In this document: one piece after another, positions 19,718 to 28,727 of the stretch
How the letters are laid out: each line of letters starts with the position of its first letter
How positions within the stretch are numbered: position 1 is the first letter of the stretch
The notes under the pieces: generated by a model
Told to the model about the DNA's origin: nothing
Seen by the model: only the letters and a program-made list of their open reading frames with translations
Databases searched by the model: none
From: a bacterium
GTDB lineage: Bacteria; Electryoneota; JAOADG01
Assembly: GCA_963681965.1 (NCBI GenBank)
Contig: OY820579.1
Coordinates: 416,001-480,000 of the forward strand
Length of the DNA: 64,000 nucleotides
Reading direction: 5' to 3'
Made by a program: the position numbers and the translations under genes

Positions 19718-20628
19718 TTTCTTCTCCGTAAGGGGGTTGCCAATTCAATTGATGATGCTCGAGATTAATCGGGCATCCTCCCCAACTAATTCCATCGAAA
19801 CGGCTCCTCTTCCGTGTTCGATGACCAACTCCTGCGCGCAATCGAACAACTGGGGAGAATTATTCGACGAGATGGTTGCAGGCGGTGCGATCGAGTAAAA
19901 AACCAATTTTTGGAAAGATCCTCACCCGATTCGATTCACACATGTCTAACATAATTTCATCTGCTACTCAAATGCAAGTGGTATGAGAAAAATTTTTGGA
20001 GAATTTTTGAGATCGAATTCGCATCGTCAGCATCGTTTTTTTATCTTGACCACCCGATTTCAAGAGAATATTTTTTCTCGATGAATCGCCATAATCATTG
20101 CCAATTGTGCCTTACATGAATTCGTTTGCTTATTTTGCTTCTCTGAATCGATCCATTATCCCACGCGATTTTAGCTTTTTCATTTCATCCCCCGCTCGCG
20201 AGCTCACCAAGAAAAAATTAAATCACTCTCATACTCTCGGAAATGATTCCTAATTGGATCGCAAACAAATTTTGTCCGAAGACGAGTTGCTCAATCACCG
20301 ATCAACCATTGTAAATACTCGTCATCGGTGCTCTCAATTGAGATCGAAGACAGAAAAATCCCACTCAGTATTTCTAGAATCGAAGACCAATCACATCCAA
20401 AAGTGGAGTTAAAATGCTTCCGAGAGTATTTGATGCAATCATCGGATACCGAATTTTTCTCGGATTTGTTCAACCAGAAAATCGCATTTATCCATCACCC
20501 GGTCACCGCAGAATTCCCTTGAAAATAGGTGTGATGCCGTTTTCACAATCCCTGAGATTATCCGTATTTTGGTTCAGTGATAAGCGATCCGTCGCTTTTC
20601 ATTCAACCGGCATTGTTGGGAGCTACTC

Positions 20629-21543
20629 ATGTTTTTGCGATTTAGCATCTGGTTCGGCTTTTTGTTCGTCATGGTTGTCGGGTCAGGGTGCAGTAAAAAT
20701 AATAATGATACTTCGAAACCGATCGCCAAGCATGAGCCAACTGCGACCGAATTGTTTAACCAATATCCTGTCAGTGTCTGGCGAGGCATTGCCGGAATGG
20801 ACTATGCTGCGATTCAAATGATGAGTCCGGGTTTTCTGATTCAGTTAAATCAAACACTACTGCTTGCTCGAAATGCCGGCGAGCGGATGGAACGGCATTC
20901 TTCAACCGATACGATCGGGTACGTCTTTACCGGAGAGTGGTATTCGCGTCAGTTCGATTCGGTAACCACCCAATTTTCCGACCGGTGGAAGTTAACCCCC
21001 GACCCGTTCCACAACGGCGGCAGCCCCTCTAGACTGGATCGCTCGTTTTCCCTGACGCTCTCCGACAGTACGCATACATCGAGCAATCTCTTCGCCGTGA
21101 TCTATCATAGCCTACTTATCGACAACCATTATCAAGGTCACGTTGCCGGTCAAACCGTCGTCACACTTCGGATCTCCGGAACGACCCAAACCAACTGGGT
21201 TGATTTTCCCATCGATTATTCGCAGCTCGATAATCGGAAATCAAGTAACCGGTATCGATCTCCCGAATTCACAGCAAGTGGCGCCGGATCAATTAACCTC
21301 GGATTGAATGAGGAAACACTGACAATCCAAACGTACTCATATTCCGGGAATTGGACTGTGCCAGCAAATCCATCAGTTGGTGCGACAATCGGCACGTTGT
21401 CTGTTGGCGGTGAACCGTTTGCGATATATACTTATACCGGCTTCGATGATTCTACCGGTTTGTATCGCGGTGAGTATCGGTTTGTGGGTCGAAGTGAACC
21501 GGCGATCAATTTCGTTATGACAAATTCAACCGTTTTGAAATAA
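20629..21543 (+). CDS. Hypothetical lipoprotein
   Basis: 304 aa ORF; signal peptide with lipobox GSGC; beta-rich. Confidence 0.7.
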   Translation: MFLRFSIWFGFLFVMVVGSGCSKNNNDTSKPIAKHEPTATELFNQYPVSVWRGIAGMDYAAIQMMSPGFLIQLNQTLLLARNAGERMERHSSTDTIGYVFTGEWYSRQFDSVTTQFSDRWKLTPDPFHNGGSPSRLDRSFSLTLSDSTHTSSNLFAVIYHSLLIDNHYQGHVAGQTVVTLRISGTTQTNWVDFPIDYSQLDNRKSSNRYRSPEFTASGAGSINLGLNEETLTIQTYSYSGNWTVPANPSVGATIGTLSVGGEPFAIYTYTGFDDSTGLYRGEYRFVGRSEPAINFVMTNSTVLK

Positions 21544-21595
21544 TAGTTCTTATTTCAAAAAATAATACTTTTAATCTTTAATCGAGTCTTAGCGC

Positions 21596-22816
21596 ATGAT
21601 GAGAGAACCAGATTTGCCCGATGAAATTGAGGAAGTACCACCCGATCTTGAATCGGTTGAACTACCGAAAACATCAATTTTAAGTGATCCGAAAGCGTGG
21701 GCACCCATCGCAATTCGTCGTCGGCACATCGCAATATGCATTACCGGACACGGCTTCGGTCATGCCGTTCGAGTCTTACAGGTGGCAAAACGATTGTTGG
21801 AAGTTGAGCCATCGTTGACATTTACAGTTATAACTCCGGTCGCCGAGTGGTTCCTCCGCGATGTCATGCCGACCCCCTTCCGGTTGATTCCAACCCGTAT
21901 CGATATTGGAACAGTTCAGAGCGATGCAATCGAAGCTGATCCACTAGTTACTCTAAAACAATACTCGGACTTCGTGCAAAATCGGGAAGTGCTATTTCAA
22001 AAACTAACCAACGATCTGGGTGAGTCACCCATCGATCTGGTTCTCGTCGACCTTCCACCACTCGGTTGCGAACTCGGGGCATGGTTAGGTGTTCCCACGG
22101 TAGCGATCGGTAATTTTTCGTGGGACTGGATTTATGGTGAGTACACCCAGACATATCCGGAATACGAGTGGATTGTCGATGAAATCCGCACTCAGTATAG
22201 CACCACTGATTTACTGTTAGAATTACCTTATGCTGGCGATCTATCCGCATTTCCCAATCGCGAGGAGATTCCGTGGATCTGCCGTCGTCCCCATATCGAT
22301 CCCGAAGACGTGCGAAAGAAACTGAAGATTCCACCCAATAAACCGATTGCCTTAGTATCCTTTGGGGGTATAGGAATGAAGCTCAAATTACCGGAAGGGA
22401 GTTTGAGTGACAACATCGAGTTCATTGTTACCGCACCACTTAACGGAATGATTGGCAAAGGGCGTGTCATCGATAATGCGCAATTGGCAGCGTTGGGTCT
22501 GACCTTCACCGACGTTTTGGGCGCATCGTCGGTGGTCGTCTCGAAACCTGGTTACGGCATTGTCTCGGAGTGTATTGCAGCCAAAGTACCGATGCTCTAT
22601 GCTGGCAGACAGCATTTCCGGGAATACGATCTGTTGGTCGCGGGAATGAAGCGGCACATTCGGTGTGAGTTATTGTCAGCAGAGATGTTAAGTTCAGGGA
22701 ATTGGCAAACGGCTTTCGAAAGTCTTTTTTCTCATCGAACTTTGGCGAGTGATCCCGATCCCGATATCGAAGGCGATACGATTGCCGCCGAAGAGATTTT
22801 TAAACTACTGGGTTAA
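21596..22816 (+). CDS. GT-B glycosyltransferase-like protein (resembles the arabinokinase N-terminal GT domain)
   Basis: ITGHGFGHAVR, NFSWDWIY, VSFGG, VVSKPGYGIVSEC. Confidence 0.75.
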   Translation: MMREPDLPDEIEEVPPDLESVELPKTSILSDPKAWAPIAIRRRHIAICITGHGFGHAVRVLQVAKRLLEVEPSLTFTVITPVAEWFLRDVMPTPFRLIPTRIDIGTVQSDAIEADPLVTLKQYSDFVQNREVLFQKLTNDLGESPIDLVLVDLPPLGCELGAWLGVPTVAIGNFSWDWIYGEYTQTYPEYEWIVDEIRTQYSTTDLLLELPYAGDLSAFPNREEIPWICRRPHIDPEDVRKKLKIPPNKPIALVSFGGIGMKLKLPEGSLSDNIEFIVTAPLNGMIGKGRVIDNAQLAALGLTFTDVLGASSVVVSKPGYGIVSECIAAKVPMLYAGRQHFREYDLLVAGMKRHIRCELLSAEMLSSGNWQTAFESLFSHRTLASDPDPDIEGDTIAAEEIFKLLG

Positions 22817-23453
22817 CTTGTCTGAGGAAGTCGATTAATTCTTGTTCATCCAACCGACCATCGGTTCGAACACCACTACAAACATCAACCCCAAAGGGGT
22901 GAACCTGCGCGATCGCCTCGGCAACGTTTTGTTTGTTTAGTCCTCCAGCCAGAAATACTGGACGTGAAACTGTGGCGACAATTTCACGACTGATCTCCCA
23001 ATTGTGAATTCGCCCGGTTCCACCTAACTCTTTTACTTTCAGCATCGGATTGCCAGAATCGAGCAGAATTGCGTCGACTAAAGGAGCAACATTCACTGCC
23101 TCTAGAATCGATGATTGATCGATTACATGAATAACCTGAACCAAAGCGATACCGGGAAGTCGTGTGCGAAGCAGCTCGAGTTCAGAATGAAGAACGCCAT
23201 CGCAGAGTTGAATGGTATTACATCGGCAGCGTTGTTGTTGTGCGATTATCTCTTTCGCGGTTCGCTTGCTCGTCAATAAAAATGTCGCTACTGCTGGTGG
23301 TGTTTTCGCTGCAATTTCCGAGATTGTCGCTTCATCGATTACTCCCGGACCACTGGGCATTTCCGATACTAAGCCGATTGCTGCGACTCCAGCGCGAACC
23401 GCAAGTTGCATCTCTGCAACCGATTGAATACAACAAATCTTACACCGGATCAT
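22800..23453 (-). CDS. trpF: Phosphoribosylanthranilate isomerase
   Basis: KICCI, LLDS...GGTG..HNW, FLAGGL...NV, GVDVCSGV. Confidence 0.88.
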   Translation of the reverse strand: MIRCKICCIQSVAEMQLAVRAGVAAIGLVSEMPSGPGVIDEATISEIAAKTPPAVATFLLTSKRTAKEIIAQQQRCRCNTIQLCDGVLHSELELLRTRLPGIALVQVIHVIDQSSILEAVNVAPLVDAILLDSGNPMLKVKELGGTGRIHNWEISREIVATVSRPVFLAGGLNKQNVAEAIAQVHPFGVDVCSGVRTDGRLDEQELIDFLRQVNPVV

Positions 23454-25233
23454 GAGGTTCCTCGATCCGGGATACGGGAATCCAACCCCTCACCGAATTG
23501 ATCAGATACACTGACGTAGCCGAAAACCACTCTGCTTTAGTAATAACACGCTCGCGAACCCGGTAGATTTCCAATAGATGTTCCCGAAAGGTACCGGCAA
23601 GTAAACCACAACTTATTGGTGGGGTGTATAGAACATTGTCGATTTTCACTACGACATTTGCCCGGGTCGATTCGGTAATTTCACCGCGGTCATTCCAAAG
23701 AACGACATCGTCGTATTGAAGATATTCCCGAAGTGCCTGTTCATATTGCTTGCGATGGGTGGTCTTGTGAAACAGAAAGCGATCATTCGAATCAACCGGT
23801 TTGCTAGACAGCGCCACGTTCCACCGTCGTTTCGGTTTTTCCGGTATGTAAGGTTTTGACTGAAAGTGAATTTGACCCGATCGATCCAGCAATATGCGAA
23901 CGATCCGGTACTCGTCACCAAGCGATCGGGCGTAATTCATCAATTCATTCTCAAGAGTTTGCTGATAGAAAGGATACCCGAAATAACTGGCTGACGCTGC
24001 CAATCGCTTGAGGTGATACTCCAATAGAAAATATCGTGCGGATTTAGTCCACAGGATCGTTTCGAGTAATTGAAAGGGGGATTGATCCTGAGTTACGACG
24101 AGTGCTTTCGTCAGCGATTCCTGATATTCATCACCGATTTTCGAATCCCAGACGATACCACCTCCGGTACCGTATTCCGCCTGGGATTGAATCGGATCAA
24201 CCGTAGCTGTCCGAATCGCGACATTGAATTGGGCATCATGATCGGGTGCTAAATATCCAATGGCACCGGTGTAGATCCCTCGTGGATCCGTCTCTAATTC
24301 GGATATAATTTGCGTTGTCCGGATCTTGGGTGCACCGGTGATAGAAGCACAGGGAAACAGTGCTGACAATATTTCGGTAAATGATTTTGTGGTTTGGGCG
24401 GTAATTTGCGAAATCATTTGCCACACTGTCGGGAAACGCTCAACCTCGAACAGTTTGGGGACTTGCACTGAACCAGCCTCGGCAATCCGCCCGAGATCGT
24501 TTCGAATCATGTCGACGATCATCACATTTTCGGCACGATCCTTTTCCGATTGCTGTAACTTAGTGGCGTTTTGTCGATCCTCGCCCCGCCATCGTCCGCG
24601 TGGTAATGTCCCTTTCATCGGACGACATTCGATTTGAGTTCCAGTCAACTTGAAAAACAGTTCCGGCGAAGCCGAACAGATTCGATGGTCGCCCGTGTTC
24701 AGAAATGCGCCATATTTGCACTCTTGCGCTTGCATCATGTTGAGAAAAAGTTGCCAAGCACTACCCGCGAACTGCGAGCGCAATCGGTAAGTGTAATTGA
24801 CCTGATAGGTTTCCCCGCTTGCAATCAGATCGTGGATCGTACGCAACGATTGTTCGTAAGTCTCTGAAGTGATCGAAGGCAGCCAATTCAATAATACATG
24901 ATCTGATTGGGGTTTAAGTAAATCTGCACGCTCTTCGAACTGGTCGTAGATCCCAAACCATAATAGGGGAACGGGAGAGAATGAAAATGCTTTCATGGCA
25001 GGATCGAATGCCGGAGTCGCCTCGTAGGAGATAAAACCTGCGGCATGATAGCCTTTACTTACTTTGTTTTCAATTTCGGAGAGAGCCGGAATTACCTCGT
25101 CCAACTGCCGAGTGGTAATGATCGATTTCGGTGAATGATAACACCGCCACAGGGTACCGTCGGCAATCTGCATGACGACAGTACCAATTTCGGAATCCGG
25201 TAGCGCGGGTAGCGATTTAGCAGAATCGGTCAA
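23440..25233 (-). CDS. pabB: Aminodeoxychorismate synthase component I fused to a class IV aminotransferase (PabC-like) domain
   Basis: GETYQVN, SASPELF, PMKGT, KDRAENVMIVD..RND, FPCASITGAPK; C-terminal LLET, HKTT.R, E.TES.RAN, GLLAGTFR. Confidence 0.9.
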   Translation of the reverse strand: MTDSAKSLPALPDSEIGTVVMQIADGTLWRCYHSPKSIITTRQLDEVIPALSEIENKVSKGYHAAGFISYEATPAFDPAMKAFSFSPVPLLWFGIYDQFEERADLLKPQSDHVLLNWLPSITSETYEQSLRTIHDLIASGETYQVNYTYRLRSQFAGSAWQLFLNMMQAQECKYGAFLNTGDHRICSASPELFFKLTGTQIECRPMKGTLPRGRWRGEDRQNATKLQQSEKDRAENVMIVDMIRNDLGRIAEAGSVQVPKLFEVERFPTVWQMISQITAQTTKSFTEILSALFPCASITGAPKIRTTQIISELETDPRGIYTGAIGYLAPDHDAQFNVAIRTATVDPIQSQAEYGTGGGIVWDSKIGDEYQESLTKALVVTQDQSPFQLLETILWTKSARYFLLEYHLKRLAASASYFGYPFYQQTLENELMNYARSLGDEYRIVRILLDRSGQIHFQSKPYIPEKPKRRWNVALSSKPVDSNDRFLFHKTTHRKQYEQALREYLQYDDVVLWNDRGEITESTRANVVVKIDNVLYTPPISCGLLAGTFREHLLEIYRVRERVITKAEWFSATSVYLINSVRGWIPVSRIEEPHDPV

Positions 25234-25808
25234 ACGATTGGCTCCGTGATCTGGATAAAGTTCTTTAAAATCAAACTGCCGCTTGGTGATAAAATTGATT
25301 CAGGGTGAAACTGAACCCCGAAGATGGGTCGACTTCGATGTGCTAATCCCATAATCGTATCGTTGTCAGAAGTCGCTGTCACAACCAGCTCTTCAGGTAA
25401 ACTCTCCGGTTTAACTTCCAACGAATGATACCGCATCGCTTCAAATGGATTCGGCAGATCCTTAAAGATTCCCGAGTCATTATAGGTAATCCAAGATGTT
25501 TTGCCGTGTCGTGGTTCGATCGATGGACCGATCTCAGCTCCAAATACCGCGGCAATGCATTGATGACCGAGACAGATTCCAAGAATTGGGATTTGCTCTC
25601 CTAACTCACGGATTACCTCGCATGAGATTCCGGCATTTTCCGGACGTCCCGGACCGGGAGAAATTACGATGCGTGTTGGCTTGAGTTGTTTTAACTCGGG
25701 CAGATCGATTTGGTCGTTGCGAATAACGTGCGCACCAAACCCCAGCGTGGCAAATGCTTGTACCAGATTATAAGTAAAGGAGTCGTAATTGTCGATGATG
25801 ATCAACAC
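25230..25808 (-). CDS. pabA: Glutamine amidotransferase, PabA/TrpG
   Basis: IDNYDSFTYNL, SPGPG, GICLGHQ, RYHSL, QFHPES. Confidence 0.92.
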   Translation of the reverse strand: MLIIIDNYDSFTYNLVQAFATLGFGAHVIRNDQIDLPELKQLKPTRIVISPGPGRPENAGISCEVIRELGEQIPILGICLGHQCIAAVFGAEIGPSIEPRHGKTSWITYNDSGIFKDLPNPFEAMRYHSLEVKPESLPEELVVTATSDNDTIMGLAHRSRPIFGVQFHPESILSPSGSLILKNFIQITEPIV

Positions 25809-25811
25809 ACA

Positions 25812-26750
25812 CTATTCCTGAGTGAATCCGAGTACAATCCAGGAATGCGACTTCCGGCGAATCGCGACTGGACCCATTGCACGTCCCAGTTTCTTCCCTT
25901 GACCAACGAGCAACCCGGTGACGATGACTCTGCCCCCCGGATTCAATAGAGTTGGTACCGTCTGCCACCACGCCTTCAGCACATTTAAATGAATGTTGGC
26001 GAGGATCAGATCAAATTTATCGGCTTTCCCGAATTTGGTCGTGAGAATGGATCCTTCACGTACCGCCATCTTTCCCTTGAATCCGTTTCGGAGAACATTC
26101 TGACGCGCTTCCCGTACGGCATCGGCTTCAATATCGATCCCGAGACAATAGGATGCCCCTTGTGCCAGCGCGACCAATCCGAGGATTCCGGTACCACATC
26201 CAGCATCGAGTACCCGATCCCCGGTTTGCGTCCATTCGGCGGTCAGTTTGCATGCCATGCGGGTGGTTTCATGTTCGCCGGTTCCGAATGCCATGCGCGG
26301 TGGCACGACCAACCACTGCCGGCGATCCCTCGGAATCATCGAGCGCATCGGTGCAACGCCAATTCGCGGGGATAGAACAAATCGCTTCAGATCCTTTCGC
26401 CAGCGTGCGATGCTGTCGAAATCCGGCAGCTTTTCACAGGAATGTGTAATATCCGGTACCATCGGTCGGATCATGTCAATCAACTTCAGAAATCCGGGTT
26501 GGATCTTTTCCCACTCGGCTTCGGGAAATGCCGCCAACAACTCGCGCTCGATTGCCGTCTCCGGTGGGGGTTCGACACCAAATTCTTCGATACCGAAATC
26601 GGTGTCGAGATCCAATTCTCCCTCAGTACCTTTCGCTCGCTCTTCGATTCCCACGGCACCAAGTTCGATCAGTCGTTCGCCGATAATCTCTGCTAACGGT
26701 GCACTGCCAACGATGATCACTCCGATATAACTCTTAGTCGTTTTCGCCAC
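25812..26750 (-). CDS. prmA: Ribosomal protein L11 methyltransferase
   Basis: P.MAFGTGEHETT, LD.GCGTGIL, ANI. Probable GTG start at 26750 with AAGGA RBS; the longer ORF in the track just reads through the MITE. Confidence 0.88.
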   Translation of the reverse strand: MAKTTKSYIGVIIVGSAPLAEIIGERLIELGAVGIEERAKGTEGELDLDTDFGIEEFGVEPPPETAIERELLAAFPEAEWEKIQPGFLKLIDMIRPMVPDITHSCEKLPDFDSIARWRKDLKRFVLSPRIGVAPMRSMIPRDRRQWLVVPPRMAFGTGEHETTRMACKLTAEWTQTGDRVLDAGCGTGILGLVALAQGASYCLGIDIEADAVREARQNVLRNGFKGKMAVREGSILTTKFGKADKFDLILANIHLNVLKAWWQTVPTLLNPGGRVIVTGLLVGQGKKLGRAMGPVAIRRKSHSWIVLGFTQE

Positions 26751-26780
26751 GATCGCGTCCTTTAATTGCATTCGAACAGA

Positions 26781-26935
26781 TATAGTATCTCTTGAAAATA
26801 AGTTGTTATCGGTAGTCGGAGCGGATCCCCGCGTCCGCCCGCAGGAATCTTTAGTAGGTACAGACACTCTTGTCTGTACATGTTCGGCAAAGCCGAACAC
26901 CGAATCATGACAACTTATATTCAAGAACCACGATA
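26781..26935 (-). mobile_element. MITE-like element, copy 2 (inverted, carries an extra REP hairpin)
   Basis: TATAGTATCTCTTGAAAATAAGTTGT...ACAACTTATATTCAAGAACCACGATA; extra GTAGGTACAGACACTCTTGTCTGTAC at 26854-26879. Confidence 0.8.
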
Positions 26936-27065
26936 ACCCACTGATATAGATAAAGGTAATGTATTCCAGAGGATTGCGCATCTGAATCCGGACCGGGTGC
27001 CTGAGGATTTGAGCATTCGACCAGTTCAATGTAAATTACGTATTGCTGAATTTTGAGGATTTGCC

Positions 27066-28187
27066 ATGGCTCATAGCTATACCCCCGGTCTGCGCGTAGC
27101 GGAACAGACCAAAATCGTGAAAGAGCGCCAACTACCAACCGAACCGGACAAAACCGCGGTGCTGGTGAAAACCGGCGACAAGGTAACTGCCGAGACGGTC
27201 ATTCTTCGCAGTGAAATGCCGGGCAATGTGCAACCGGTGAATGTTGCCAACTTGCTGCAGGTACCACCGGCTGACATTCCAAAACTGCTGATCAAAAAAG
27301 AGGGCGACAAGGTTGAAAAAGGGGAGATGCTCGCCGAATCGAAAGGTCTGTTCGGGCTATTCAAGTCGCAGGTAAAATCTCCGATCACCGGTTTTGTCGA
27401 AACGATTTCTGCCATTACCGGGCAGATGATGTTGCGCGAACCCCCGATTCCTATTGAAATGACGGCTTATGTCGATGGTAAAGTCACAAACGTGACGTCG
27501 GATCGGGAAGTGACGATCGAGACCAACGGCTGTTTGATCCAAGGTATTTTCGGAATTGGCGGCGAGGCAGTCGGCGAATTGTTGTTGATCGCCAAAAGCC
27601 CAGCCGATGTGATCGATTCGGCGCAAATACCGGCAAATGCCAAGGGGAAAATTCTGGTCGGCGGCGGTCTTGCGACACTTGCCGCAGTACGCCAAGCGAT
27701 TAAGAGCGGTGCGACTGGATTCGTCAGTGGCGGTTTTGACAATCAGGATCTAAAAGAACTGCTCGGTTACGAACAGGGTGTGGCAATCACCGGTACCGAA
27801 CAAATCGGTTTGACGTTAATTCTGACTGAAGGGTTTGGTTCGATCACGATGGCGGACCGCACGTTCCAATTGCTCAAAGCTTTCCAAGGGAGAAAGACGT
27901 CGATCAATGGTGCGACGCAGATTCGCGCCGGTGTGATTCGTCCCGAAGTGGTGATTCCGCATACCGACAAGGGTACGGAATCGGTCTATGTCCTCAAGGG
28001 TCTCGAACCGGGAGATGTCGTTCGGGTCATTCGCGAACCGCATTTCGGGAAGATCGGGAAAGTGGTTGAGTTACCTGCCGAATTGCAGGTACTCGAATCC
28101 GAAGCGAAGGTTCGCGTAATGAAGGTCGAGCTGGATGGCGTAGTCGTCATGGTTCCGCGTGCGAATGTCGAGGTCATCGAAGGATAA
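27066..28187 (+). CDS. Conserved hypothetical protein with barrel-sandwich-hybrid-like N-terminal repeats and KOW-like C-terminus
   Basis: GAGG RBS; LVKTGDKV / KKEGDKVEKGEMLA...SPITG; IQGIFGIGG; LTEGFG; TQIRAGVIRPE; PGDVVRVIREPHFG. Confidence 0.75.
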   Translation: MAHSYTPGLRVAEQTKIVKERQLPTEPDKTAVLVKTGDKVTAETVILRSEMPGNVQPVNVANLLQVPPADIPKLLIKKEGDKVEKGEMLAESKGLFGLFKSQVKSPITGFVETISAITGQMMLREPPIPIEMTAYVDGKVTNVTSDREVTIETNGCLIQGIFGIGGEAVGELLLIAKSPADVIDSAQIPANAKGKILVGGGLATLAAVRQAIKSGATGFVSGGFDNQDLKELLGYEQGVAITGTEQIGLTLILTEGFGSITMADRTFQLLKAFQGRKTSINGATQIRAGVIRPEVVIPHTDKGTESVYVLKGLEPGDVVRVIREPHFGKIGKVVELPAELQVLESEAKVRVMKVELDGVVVMVPRANVEVIEG

Positions 28188-28214
28188 CAATTTCCCACTT
28201 CATTTTATTTTATT

Positions 28215-28244
28215 AAGGCGACTCGCGAGGGTCGCCTTTTTTTT
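28215..28244 (+). terminator. Intrinsic terminator
   Basis: AAGGCGAC-tcgcgagg-GTCGCCTT followed by a T run. Confidence 0.8.
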
Positions 28245-28246
28245 CG

Positions 28247-28714
28247 GTAGCCGCAAGCTTCAGCCTGCGTTTTTGTGTCATTTTTTATCTTGCATCATGT
28301 ATCCTTTAGTAGTGGCGCCTCCCCGCGGGCGCCCATTCTTTTTTTTATCTTTTCCTAATCCCCATCACCTACCACCTAACACCCATTTTGTAGGTGGCGC
28401 AGGCCTCCGAGCCTGCGTGATTTTGTTTTTTGTAGTACTGCCCAACTCCGATTGGGCGATTCCCTTCTTTTCCGTAGGTCAGAACTTGTTCTGACCACCT
28501 CTTGCATCCTGATTCCTATATCCTGATCTGTCGTTGCGAGGATCGAAGGGCGTCCGCCGGCTGGCGGATGCGCCCGAAGCGACAAAGCAATCTATCTTTT
28601 CCATTGGTAGCGGCGGACTTTAGTCCGCGTATTGATTTTTTATTGATTTTACAGGAATGGCGGACTAAAGTCCGCCGCTACCAAAAACGGTCGGGCGTGT
28701 GGGTCCGTCCCTAC
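28247..28714. repeat. Heterogeneous array of REP-like palindromes, mostly GTAG-led
   Basis: Hairpins at 28247, 28309, 28390, 28432, 28474, 28529-28593, inverted doublet 28606-28682, and 28689-28714. Confidence 0.85.
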
Positions 28715-28727
28715 TTCACAATATGAA

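Noticed and set aside
19281-19898. 205-aa Phe/Ala-rich + strand ORF and 175-aa alternate-frame ORF
   Set aside because: Shadow frames of the low-complexity histone H1-like repeat.
20291-20522. Short overlapping ORFs of 60-64 aa
   Set aside because: No RBS or motifs; lies in a divergent intergenic region.
26751-27029. N-terminal extension of PrmA in the ORF track
   Set aside because: It is read-through of MITE copy 2; a GTG with RBS at 26750 is the better start.
28247-28714. CRISPR array or integron attC cassette array
   Set aside because: No identical repeats, irregular spacing, no cas or integron integrase, and no ORFs between the units.
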